DNA of 64,000 nt from Ylistrum balloti. Lineage: Eukaryota. The notes beneath the pieces were generated by a model. It was given only the letters and a program-made list of their open reading frames with translations. It ran no database searches and was not told the origin of the DNA. Below, in pieces: positions 49,618 to 62,499 of this stretch. The stretch's first letter is position 1. Each line of letters starts with the position of its first letter. The position numbers were made by a program, and so were the translations under genes. The stretch spans positions 682,001 through 746,000 of the forward strand of contig NW_026782608.1 in NCBI RefSeq assembly GCF_031769215.1, read 5' to 3'.

Positions 49618-50209
49618 GAATGCCGAAGGGAAATAACTTGCTTGGGTCTGTTCCTCGTCCATTGGTTTCAACCAGGGACGCATAATACGTACCTTACAAC
49701 GTCCCTGGTTTCAACAAACGTTGTGAAAATCACTGATAAATTAATCTAGTAACAAGAGGTCACGTTATAATGATAAAGTATTCCCTAATTTGTATTCGAC
49801 ACCAATGGTAATAATTCCATATGCTCCAACATGTATTCCGATCCCGTTACCATAAAACGAAGCCAAGGTCTAAGTCAGATTCATTTTAGGAAACTGTAGG
49901 GTAGGTAACAAAGCTTATATACCTGTTGGTAAAATTATCGATGGCCTGGGTCTTCCTAAACTTGAGAATTCTCTCAGTGGTTTTATACTGACCCATGTAA
50001 CGGCGAAAAAAACTGTCAAATTCATTGAAAAGTACTGGTCGTTGTTTAGTAAGCTTAACATACCACTTGACATTGAAAGAAGATCAAACTCATTTGTGTA
50101 ATAATCTATGTCCTAATTGGGAAGTTAGTATACTGCACACGCTCTTAACATAACCTACGTAAACACCGAGTTGCATGATCCTAATTTTAATACAAGCAAA
50201 GCTATGCTT

Positions 50210-50808
50210 TAACAGCAGGCAATAACTCAGTACTGAGGGGTCATGGACCCAGACTTTGCCCCTTGTTTTTATATAACTGATGTATATATGCGGGGTTTCA
50301 TTATCCTACCTTAAATGCTAGCTAAGTTATCTTTTGGATCTTTTGGACAATATATTTTACAATGGACAATAACTCATTAAGGGTCAATGGCCCTGAATTT
50401 GGTATGCTGCACATCGTCTTGGCATGATCAATGAATGTATGAATGAAAGTTGTGCTCTAGACAAAAATTGAACGAAGGGCAATGAATCTGAAATTAAGGG
50501 GCTGCTGGTCCTGAAAGTAATAAATTGCACATCATCTTTGCGTGACCAATGTATACTTCAAGTTTCATTATCCTTTGTTAAATGTAAGTAATTTAAAGTT
50601 ATTGTGCTCTAGACACAAAATTTTAATAATGGGCAATAACTCTGTAATTAAAGGGTCAAGGGCTACATTCCCTTAGTATGACCAATGTATCAACCATGTT
50701 TCATGATCCTTGCTTAATTGTGTGTAAAGTTAGGCTCCAAACACAAAAGGTTGGATGGAAATGATGGCAACTATATGCTCCCAAGAAAAAATTTCTGGGG
50801 TGCAAAAA
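50210..50808 (+). mobile_element. HINE-like element carrying degenerate satellite monomers
   Basis: Repeated G(G)GCAATAACTC / TGTGCTCTAGAC / TGACCAATGTAT motifs at 90-170 bp spacing. It ends GGCAACTATATGCTCCCAAGAAAAAATTTCTGGGGTGCAAAAA (hairpin plus A-run). Confidence 0.6.
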
Positions 50809-53800
50809 CTAATTTGAACCAAGAGGTTGAAGAAAATTAAATAATTTAAACATTTTAATGCAATGATATAGGAAATTAAGTCTTAACATGATTTCAGTTA
50901 TCTGTCCTAAATTTGACACTCATTTTAGCATGTTTTAACACCATATAAAAGCATATTGGAGACCCGATTCAATTACACTGAACTTGTTACAAATGATGAA
51001 AATGAATGCATTAATCCACACAATTAAAAGAGTGAATATATTTTGTAAGTATGCAAGAAGTCATGAAAAAGTAACTCAAATTTATTTTTCAGAATAATTG
51101 TTTCATGAAAAAAAATGTAGACCTTAATCGCTCCCCCTAGCAGGCTACATGCCTCGTGACTGTTCTTTCATTCAAAATATTAGGCACACTCTTTTCTTAT
51201 TTATATCAAAATCCAAACCATGATAATTTCTCAATACAATTTATTGTTATTTAGATACAAGATATGGCAAGCATCAATCCTGTTAAGTTGATAAATGATG
51301 TAAATTATGTATAGATTATCAAAATAAGTATTTGTTTCATCAACATATATCAACATTACTGTAACAACACTTCATTAAAACTTTTACTATGACACATAAT
51401 AAGGCTTCAACTGAACACATTGTGTAGTTCTTCAGATACAATTTTTATTAAGTACACAGGTAAGTTAATGTTAATGTAGAAATTAACTATCAATGTCATA
51501 TAATCTTATAATTTTTTCATCCAGTTTAGATTTTGTGTTCCAATTCTCATTAAATGACAATTCCCCTAAAATGCCAAGCTTTTCCATAACAAAAACAGTC
51601 TGTAAATAATTAGCATTATGATAAAACATACACTTGAATAACTACTCCTACATCAACATCCAAAAATACCAATTTCTGACTATTGTTCTTTGTTATTGCA
51701 CATGAACTGTAATTTGTTAGCCACGCTTTATAGTGAAGTCAACATAATTTGGAGGAACCATCTGAAGAAAGAGCTGATATCACACAGTTGTGCCACCCAC
51801 ACATATCTACTGTCATGTAATTAATGATTCTTCTTCTGTAATCTTCAATGAACCACTTAACCTACATTAAGATGTAACATAACATTGAGTATACTGTCCA
51901 GGCTCTGGTTGTTCTGTACGCTGATTACAGATATCTAATCAGATTAGAGGTATATAATAATACAGCTTGTATCCTATTATGAAGCATTGCAATCTATCCA
52001 ATCTTAAAAATGCTAGTTTAATATATCATCAGTGATTTTTACTAATTTACTTGAGGGATATTCTGTATACGCTTCAATATATGTATGCATACTAAGACTT
52101 TTTTAAAATACTGCAATAAGTTTTAGATGCTTATACAACACATGTACAAATCTGGCCCATGATATAGTAAAAAGCCATTATCAGTTAACATAGATAAATC
52201 ATATTATAAAATATTTGATTTCTACAGTAAAACAGTATTCTTGTGAATGAATTCAAAAGAAGAGACATGATAACACCAAAAAAAAAAAAACAGGAATTAT
52301 GATCGTAACAGATTCAAGCTGACTCGCATTTAACATCAAAATATAATTCAAGAGAAAACATAGGTCATCATTTATATTGGACTGTGTCATGCAATATAAC
52401 TATTTTCCATGAAATGAACTTCCATCTTTCTATCGCGTATTTTAACAGAATTTTTAAGGTGGCTTTATATTGTGTGGAAAAAATAACTTTAAATATCAGA
52501 TAAATTACCTTTAAAGTAAGCCTATCTTCAAACCAATTTACTATTTAATCTATTCAAATAAACAAGAAGGGTAAATAAAATTACTGGTAAATGAAATCAG
52601 TGATTGGATGCAAGACATTTGTTTCTTTTTATTATGGCACCTTCTTTGACATATAAAGTAAATGCATGAACACTCTTGTCAACCATATTTAACATAAATT
52701 ACTGTATCCGGGTATATTTAATGTCATACTTAAATAGGCATAAAACTAAATAAGAGTCTAATACATAAACAAATACATTGTACTTACATTGACAACAAAT
52801 ATGTAAATAAAACACATACATGCATGTACAAGATTATATAAACACGTGGAAACATGTCAAAATACAAAATGTAGAATACCGGTATTTGATATGAGAATAC
52901 GATGCTTTGAACATTTTGAGAAAAAATTAAAAAAACAGGAAGAAAATCACAATAACCATTCTAAGTCATCATAAATGCATTTTGGTCATAAAGTAACCAC
53001 TTTAAAAGATCTGGTGGATTCAAATTCAAAAATAAAAGTCAATGACTGGTTTTCAATGATAGAGCTTCATTATAACTCTCATCACATCTTCAGTGTGAGG
53101 CTGGTTGTATGATGGAACTACATGAAGTGTTTAGAAGTATTTGGTGATGTAATACACTTAATTGTTGATTGTTCATCAAACCAATGTCAAAAGACAACTG
53201 TCTCAGATGATTTAATACAAATGCCATGAAGGTTCTGTTTTATCAAACCTTGCTATAAGACCTAAAGAAAACTTTAAAATAATGAAAAATAATAATAACT
53301 GAAGATATGGAACTGTTTTGCCATCATAAAAGGTCAATAACTTTTATAAAATAATGTAAATCCTCATCACCAATCATTTCAGTATGGTGTTTCACCTGAA
53401 CTAACTATTACAGGATTATCTTTGATTTCCAATAAATGTATCTGCAATGTAAAAATAGCCAACCAACAGAAATATCAAAACTGCATTAAATATCAAATCT
53501 GAAAATACCATAACATGCAAAGGTTATATAACAATAATAAAATCAAAAATAAAAGTCAAAACTAAAAAACAAAATAAAATTCACAGATGTATATTATAGT
53601 AAAAACTTAAATAGTGTTGTTAACTCTTTACCTGCCTCCAGTTGACACCTGCCACTTGTGATTTTTGATTTCCAAATGTAAAACATTTACTCAGCTTCTT
53701 AGATCAATTAGAATTTACTTTGGGTACGTTGAAATGCATTTTTAGCATCATCAAATAAAGATACACTAAAGAATTTTGAGAGAAATTAAGTATTTCTACT

Positions 53801-54710
53801 TTTCAAAAGGTCTTTGGTAAACCAACAAGCATAATTAAAGATAAAGTTGCATACTTCTTAATTCTATTTTTTGAACTTTTACAAAACCAAATTCTGAATA
53901 ATTTAGGACAATCTTGAAAAATCAGGATTTGAAGATATCAAATTTAGAAAAATGGGGGTTTTGAAAACATATTTGATGTGGCAACACAACTGAAGATGAT
54001 GTTTTGTGACACTATGTATGAAAAGTGGAGGTGTTGTTTACAGTTACAGCTGCTAGTTCTTATAAGGTATACCTTCCAAATATACAAAACTCAAAGTTAA
54101 CACAGAATATAATTCCTTTGTTAACTGTGCTTCTATGATATATTTCCAATTTTGATAAAAATTGTATCCATTTCTTTATATTTTGATTTCAGGTATCAGC
54201 TATAATGTTATTGATCTGTCATATGTATACATTTCAAGATGTCCTATTGGAATAAACCATGAAATATTTAAAATATCCATTTAAATGTGTAAATACCATT
54301 ATTAAAAAGATAAAACCATCCAATAGCCTATCTCTATATTAAGTTTATAAGATGTATAAAAATTCCACTTGAAAGTTGCTATATATGTTTGATACTAGCA
54401 AAATACACTTCAGCATAAGCAGGCATAAAAGAGCTAAAAATCTAAGATCTAAATAATGGATGCATACAAAAACTATAATAATATAAAGATAAAAATAAAA
54501 AGTAAGTCAGATCTACCTTCCATCACAGAATATATAATTATAACATGAAAAATCAGATCATTTTGTTTCACTAATATTTCTAGTTAAAATACAAAATCTA
54601 TCTTGGTCATATCTTTTCCCCATCGAACAAATTTTTAAGACAATCAGATTTGTTTGTTTTGTTCCTCAATTCATCATCTTGGTACCATGTTTGAAATCAG
54701 TGTTGTCCTT

Positions 54711-57700
54711 CTATGCTCTCTTATCCAGCCAGTCTACCAGGTCATGCAGGACAATGTCTCGGTCTTCTCTGAGCTCCCTGTGTATCTGGTGGTATAAACC
54801 TTTGTAGACCTGGAAAATGAGCAGGAGCTCTCAACAATATACTCATTCCCTGATACCATTTTTAACAAGCTCTGTGGAGGGGTTCTCGAGGTGCTCATTA
54901 CGTAACTTTTCAATTTCAAAAGAGGTCAAGTATTTTTTCTACCTTCAACCTTTACATATTTACTACCAAAAGCTAATTAGAGGTAGAAGTGTTAATTATG
55001 AGATGCCATGATGTAAATATGAATTAAATTTGTTGTGTTGCAGGGTTTATTTTGAATATGGTTGTCACTATTAACCTCGACAGATGACCATGAAAATCTA
55101 AACAAGAGTAGATTTGATTTGGTGTATTGTTGCTTTACATCCTATGACCAGGTCGTTTAAAGACATGCCAGGTTTCGGTGGTGGAGGAAGCCAGAGTTCC
55201 CTGTGAAAAACCACCACCCTGATGCCAGAATCTGGCAACTAGCCCACAAAAGCTTTGAACTTGTGGTCCAGAGGTGGAGGGCTATTGATAAAGACAGTCT
55301 GATGCCTTAACCACTCAGCCACTGCCATCAAAAATAGAACCTGATGATATGTTATTATGTGTCAATATAACCTTCATCAGTTGAAGGATTCACAAGCTAT
55401 CTTGACTTGCACTTAAGCTTTGCAAGCATGGACAAAGTTATTATTATGCATCAAATCGCTCTTCAGTCATCCTTTCACTTGTCCATCCTTATATACAGAA
55501 GTATAATTCAGACACTACTATAGCCCCGACCAATAGTAAGACAGTGACTATTCAAATGACGGGAACGAAAAAAAAAAATTAGATTCACCGTAATGCTAGC
55601 GTGTATGGCCGATGATTAAAAGATTCAAATTTTTTTCATTTTTTTTGTTGTTTTTATCTCCAAACTATCATATATGACTGACAACTTTTACATATAACTA
55701 TGTGAAGGGAGGTAATCCAATATGGCGGATGCAGAACTCGGGAATGATAACCCCAAGAATGGCATGTTCCTGCATATAATGCGCACCCCCTTTTTGACAT
55801 GACAGTTTTAGCTTGAAAAAGTGCACACTGTACACGGAAATTTATGGTAGTTCTTGTAATTTCTGAAGAAGCACGGGATGAATCTTTCTTACATTTCAAA
55901 GGTAGGTTCCCTTTGGTCCTTATTTGCACATACATCATTTAAGGATTGATCAGGGAAAAAAACATGGCCAACATGTGACCAAAGGGTCTGATCATGTTCG
56001 ACTAAAAATAATTTTGAAGAATATTGAGAAAGGAAGAATTCTCTTTGTTTACAGATCTTTGGAATCCCAAAAATAACATGATTTCCTAATTATTGAACAT
56101 ATGTATCTGCTTCTACCACTGTTATATTTAAATACTCTCCTAGCCCATACTCTGGAAGCATCTTTGTGCTGAATGAGTACCCACCTTGATTTGCTTGTCT
56201 TTGCTCTGCGCTTGTTCATGAAGTTGCTGGGAACCCTCAACTGCACAAAGTTTATCCTGGTCTCCATGTAATACAAGAAAAGGCCATTCTACCTTGGGCA
56301 ATGCTTCTTTCATAATATCAAAGGCCTTCAGCATTTCTAAACCCCATCTATAATAATACAGAAAGGAAAATGATCGTCAAGCTTTGTACTTGGATTTATG
56401 AGAAACATATCACAACTTCACAATGTTGATGTAGACACTGACACCAACACTGGTGGAAAAGCAAAATAAACCTGTAAATAGAACATTTGTGATGTACTTC
56501 CACTGACCATTCTTGTATATCCACCCAGTCACATTACAGTATATGTACAGTGCAACATCCCACAACTGATGCTTTTCAAAACCAATCACCTTTTCAAACC
56601 GAACGAAATGACCATGTACGGAATGATGTCCTCTTTATTACTGAAAGAAAACAATCCCAATAAAGACCCCTCTTCATTTCAAATAATAAACCTATTTTTT
56701 GTCTGAAATGACAGAAATTTACTGAAAATCACTTCTGAAAACTGGCTTTACCATGACCTGAGTTCCGACCAGTGGACCGTGAATTCAACGCCTGTGGTGA
56801 CAGTTTTGCCCCAGTATACACAACACCTACCCTGATCAGGAGGATTATAATAAACATAATGTATAGTTATCAGCAATGACAAATTCAAACTATATCGAAC
56901 GACTCCATCGCTTCATCGAAGCAAGAAACAGCTACAGATAAAGTGAAAACAAAAGGCCTAGTGGCTTTGACAGTCACCGGAGATAAGCAATATTGAATAT
57001 AAAGGTTAAAGGGTAGTTATTAAGTGTCAAAAGATCCCTTTTGGCCCCACTCATCAGCCCCTGGGGGTCAGTCAGGATCAATATGGGCATCCCATTAAGC
57101 TGTCATCCTTCATTCATAATTTCAACAAAAGTTTTAATAATTCCAAAGGAAATTTAACAAATTATGCTCAAAAATCTAGTTTTCCTAAATAGACTTGAGT
57201 AAACTTTACCCCCTCCCCATGGAAAATGTGAGACCCTGGGGCCATGAAATTCACAATTTTAGTAAAGTACCTTAAGATGCTTCTATTCATGAAGAGTATT
57301 TGATTCTACCAAATCTGGGTGTTGAGAAGAAGATTTTTGAAATTGAAGTCAATTTGACCCTTTTTTGGTCCCACCAGGAAATGCACAATTCTTTTTTCAT
57401 GTAAAGTCACATTAGTTAGCATGTACATGCTGAAAGTGAATGGAATGATTAATGTATTATAGAGAACAGAATCTGGTCAATTATATCAGAATCTGGACTG
57501 GTTGACTTGCTCCACTTCTACAAACCGAACCCTTCCTAAACCAGCCAAAATATCCATGTCCCATGCATGGTTGCTATGGAGAAGTTCCATTGTATGTATT
57601 GGGGTGCGGCTATCACAAAAGGACTTGCATACAAAAACTGACATATTTGGTCCACAGCACAATGCAACAATGTAGTGTGAACATATAGCCTTAACCCTAT

Positions 57701-60700
57701 GATGTATGTAGACAGGCAGTTACCAAGTCATGTTCAACATTTTGACCACTCATATTCTGCAGTCATCACAAGAAATGTTATTATTCAAACAAAGGAAAAA
57801 CACCAAGAATATTTATATTCAATTTTGTAAAGAAAATTTGATACAAGCCATACAAATCATCAGATCTCATGCTGTACTTACTTTGCCTTCAGACCATTAT
57901 GAAAGACTAAAGGGTCTTCTTCATATTCTTTTACCTATTAAAGACAAAACATCAAATGTTCATCGTAGAAGTACCAGAAACTAAGGCAGCTGAAAATGGC
58001 AAAGAATGAAGGTATCCATGACTATGTTTGTCTTTCATAATAACCTCACATAAAATATCCTTTACTGAGGATGATTTAGACCAAATTTGTAAACAAGAGT
58101 CCATGAGCCTTAATGGTTATTTGACAATAAAACCTTTCAGCAGGGAGAAGGGTTATTTTTTCTCTTTTGAATGAAATCTTACTAAGAAGCTGTTTTCAAA
58201 GATGCAGATGGTAATTTTGGTGAGGGGTAAACACTGATCAATTGATTCAAACTTTCACATCTTACCACTTCATGATCTCTTGATAAATCCTTTGTTTTGA
58301 GCTTCTCAATACACATCTGAGGGAAAATTCTAGCAACTACTTTGCCTGCCATCATCTGAATTTAGAAAGTCAAAAATATAACTGCAACCAAAAAGTTCTT
58401 AAATGATTATGACATTAATTTATATCAGTATCAAGGTACTTTTGAAGTGTTCTGTATCAATGCATCATTTCACAGTGTAGCTATTTTGAATATTAACCAT
58501 TACAGTCAAATAAGTGACTACACTACAGATGATAGAAACAAATTCATCACATATCTATCCTGTTGTCATGACATATGGTAATGTCTTAAATATTGTAAGA
58601 CATCTGTATCAATGCTATTGAGACATCTAACTAAGTGGTGTCTTAATGTCACATCATTGTCTGAGTAGTGAAATGTACTGTTTGTGTGGAAATAAGTCTG
58701 TGTCATAGGGAAATTGATTTGAATTTTTACTTGTTTTTCAGAAATACTGGTTGTATGAAAAAAGAATCTTGTTGATGTAACCTGAAAATTATTAAATTGA
58801 TCAAAGGCTTGTAACATCAAATTATTGAACTCTTTGTTATAAATTCTGTATTAAATCCACACTTGTGTAAGATCCTCTATATTCAATTGATCCTACAATA
58901 AGTCCAGGGGCCAACTTGTCATTACCAGCAGCCAACGTTTTGTTTCTCGGGAATGAGCTTCTAATACAGCAATGGACTTAACTCCTTACCAGACATGGGC
59001 TTAGTGCTAGATAAATACAGTAACAAATACCTTGATTGGTGATATTGCTCCAGGACTTGCTTGGATGGCTGGTCCTAGTAATACAACACCAGTAAAATAG
59101 TCAGGTCTGGACATGGCTGACAACACGCTAATAGCTCCACCCTGTTATACATCAATGATAAATACTGTGTAGACATCAATTCATTCTACTAGATTTTCAG
59201 TGATATTCTAAAATTATCAGAACTTCAGAGGGAAGTACATGTATTAATGTTCAATATTAAACATTGACATCAAGATTATTAGTATTCTCTGTCTCATTTC
59301 AAACAAAACAAGAAAATAGTAATTTCAAATAGGATTTTTATTCTAAAAGAGATCTCCTGATAATGAAAACAGTCAAGTACAAAACTGAATATTTAATAAA
59401 AATATATAAACAAGCAGCAACAACAAAGTCTCAATCTCAGCAAAGATCAGTGAACATACTCTATGGAGTTATGAACATCATTTATCATTTATATCTATCA
59501 TCCTGATTAGTGAAATGCTGTTTAGAGATTTATCCAATTTTGATCCAATTAAATACTATTTATCTGAAGAAACTTTACGTTTGTCACGTCTAAGCTGAAA
59601 AGATCTGAAGACATTTTTGTATATCCAAAATTGAAATATATTTTCCCCATACATATAATCATAAAGTAAGCTGTGGTTGTTTATCTGATCAAATTAAGTC
59701 ATTTTAACTTTTCAACACTTATAGACTTATGCAGCCAATATGGGTTTCTAAAATAATAAAAATTGCATACAGTATCAAACCAAATGGAAACTAATATTAT
59801 TTCCTACAAGGTGCAAGAACTATCTTACAGTTAATTGTTTTATCAAGAAATTGATTAAGTCTGAACAAATACACCTTACCATAGAATGACCAATGAGAAA
59901 AATTGGAGTTTTTTCAGGAAATTTCTCTTTCACTTGATCGATGTGTTGAAAAACATCTGCCACATAGTAATCGAAAGTGTCAATGTGAGATCTTGGTCCC
60001 TCACTTTGGCCATGACCAACTGCAAAATGTTGAAGGGTACATAATAATATCACATTAAGAACTTAACTGAATATTGCAACTCCTCAGAGCAGCAGCCACT
60101 ATCACTAAATGTGTTCAGGCATGACCATGCAACTGGTTATTATAAAATTCTATTTGAACAACATTCATTACACAATAATGAAAATTCAATCAAAAGAAAA
60201 GTACATGTCAGAACATTAGTATCCAAAAACAAATACATGCTGGAGCGTACAATTTGATAATTAATAATTAGTCATCAAGATCACAGGAGAGATTCTGAAA
60301 AGTTCTACCGAGATGACTGATGTCAGAAAAATCATGTTCATAATACATGTACTAGATGTCAAACTAGTGGAGTTGTAAAGCCCTCTGTATGTATCTGATC
60401 AAGAATCAGGTATCAGTGATATTGACGAAGCTGAAGACAGAATAATTAAACATTTAGATAGGAAATCTTTACACTTACCATGATCATGAGCAAAAACATA
60501 AAAACCCTTGTTTATGAGAAGTTCTGCTATTTCCTGATAAAACAAGCAATGCTCAGCAAGGCCATGCGCTACAAATACCAATCCCCTGGAAGCAAAATAA
60601 ATTCATGATACATTTGTATATAAACCAACAGCTTAATAGCTATGGTACCATTAGTTGCTATACCATATATAATAAACCAGTCGTATATATCTGTACCATG

Positions 60701-62274
60701 CTAGAGAATGTCATTGTGAACATGAAATTTTCCATGTAATTACACTTAGTGTACATTCCGACTCTCTTACCCCTGTTGAGAATGTAAGCAACAAGCAACA
60801 TAGATTTAGTCTTTGCCAAGTATCCATCAAGATATTAATATGTAAACTGTACAGAAAACACTGTACCAATTTTTAAGTATTACTGGTAAGGTCAACGTAC
60901 CATTCAAGTACCATTTTTCAAAGCTTATTATAATATCAGTAAGTGAAACTATATTACACATGCACTAGACAATATATGTTATTCGGAAAGTAAAGACTAT
61001 TCTTGACTACTGCAGTTTGTTTTGTCTCATAGTTAAATTTCTTACATCTCAGCTCAACTGGTCTCTACTGTTTGCAACACTGCAGTGTGATAGATGCTCA
61101 TAACCATTAATTACTTTTGTTCAACAAGGGTCACAGTATGGATCCACTATCACATGGTCTTCATTGCTTCAATTTATGTCTACATCTACATGTAACTGAC
61201 CACCTTCAGCAAGCTAAAGATCAGGTTTAGTTAAGAGTAGGTCACAAAAGAACGATGGAATCTGAACTATGAGAGGTAGCCAGAAATTAAACATATGCAG
61301 AAGAAACAGAAAACTATCTACATAGAGTGTAAGGCCCATAATGAAGTAGGACATTAATTCATAAATAAAAGGACAACATGAACCGCACAGTGAACATAAC
61401 ACAAAACTAGTCACAATTATACATCTATTACACTTCATAATTTATAGCTAATTCATCAGTTCACTTACATGGACACTTGTATTTATGTGCAGATAATTAC
61501 AGTGATTCAAGGAAAGCTCTAAATTTAAAGTTATCCACACAATTTAAATTTTATATATGGGCAAAAGGGCCACAGAGAAAATGCTTCCATGACTTAAGAG
61601 TTCTGAAACAAATTGCCCTATAGGGAAATTAAAAAGGTTGGCGTTCAGAGATACACCCAAGCTAACATCAGATCATTATATAGACTTTTATGATATGGTT
61701 GATCAACTTCTGAATGAGTCTAAAGTTACATTTGGTTGGGGAGGAGTGTTAATTCGCTGCCCACACTTTCGATATCCCGGCTAAATCCATGAATCCGTTT
61801 AGTACCCCTCATGGTTTCTCCGAATCTCCTGTCGTTTTACGTAACCATGACCAGTTGTTGAAATTGTTCTTGACCAAAACACACCTTCATAAAAGCCAAC
61901 CTCACTCATTACGGGTTAGGGGACAGACTACCATGCAAATTGGAAAGTTGACGATTTGCTAGATGGTATTTCGAAAATATTCATTAGTAAGGAAACAGCA
62001 ATGCATGCAAACGTATTTCTAACATTGATAAGAAATAAAGAACCCTACTGAACAGCCGCAGGGCAGACCTAGCTAGAACTGTCACATAACTAAAATACCT
62101 ATATTTCCGATTTTGTGACTCTTCAGCTTCATTTCCATTGTTCCAGTATTTGCAGTAAAGTTTCTGTCCACGAGAATTAGTAAGTTTGTCTTCATCAGCT
62201 CCGACTTCATTAGTTTCTTTTGGCTGAACATCTGGGACACCTGCTGACGACTCCATTTTTGTTTTTGTTGTCAT
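54711..62274 (-). CDS. MGLL: Monoglyceride lipase (alpha/beta hydrolase), 312 aa
   Basis: Exons 62274-62099, 60585-60479, 60019-59880, 59141-59031, 58355-58266, 57934-57882, 56347-56185, 54809-54711; all GT-AG, 939 nt open. Motifs GQKLYCKYW, HGLAEH, DHVGHGQSEG, GHSMGG (nucleophile), HGDQDKL (Asp), YHQIH (His). Confidence 0.93.
55111..55328 (-). mobile_element. Near full-length tRNA-derived V-domain-type SINE in the last MGLL intron
   Basis: Minus strand: GGCAGTGGCTGAGTGGTTAAGGC (A box, 55311-55321), GTTCAAAGC (B box, 55252-55260), GGTTTTTCACAGGGAACTCTGGCTTCCTCCACC (V-domain-like), tail GGATGTAAAGCAACAATACACCAAATCAAATC. Confidence 0.7.
56948..57400 (+). mobile_element. HINE-like element in an MGLL intron
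   Basis: 5' end AACAAAAGGCCTAGTGGCTTTGACAGTCACC; body CCCTTTTGGCCCCAC..CAGCCCCTGGGGGTCAG...GGGCCATGAAATTCACAATTTT...GAGAAGAAGATTTTT, typical of bivalve satellite-bearing elements. Confidence 0.6.
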
Positions 62275-62324
62275 TGAAGAGTTCCACACAATATCAATGG
62301 TGGCGGGAAAATTAAACGTGGTCA

Positions 62325-62499
62325 GGTAGCAGTACAGTTTCTCGGTGTGGCCATGGTGGGTTTTTTTTTTGTTCATTAGGTTACCCCATTATAAAGTTTT
62401 TAATTAAAATTTAAAAAATAAATCCTTGATAAAAATTGGTCTTGTCATTTTTTTTCAGAAATAATATTTTAGCTTTGTGTTCGAGATTACTATTTGGGC
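62325..62499 (+). repeat. Dispersed repeat, copy 2, about 50 bp upstream of the MGLL ATG
   Basis: Inverted homolog of 1-201; the shared boundary is GGTAGCAGTAC. Confidence 0.8.

Noticed and set aside
54734-54919. ORF 54734..54919 as an MGLL exon
   Set aside because: It is the wrong frame; the true last exon is 54809-54711 (VYKGLYHQIH...).
55250-55328. tRNA gene (A and B boxes)
   Set aside because: No cloverleaf forms and it continues into a SINE body and tail, so it is a SINE head.
62275-62376. N-terminal extension MNKKKTHHGHTEKLYC of ORF 61984..62376
   Set aside because: It is partly derived from the dispersed repeat (62325-62499); homology to MGLL starts downstream of ATG 62274.
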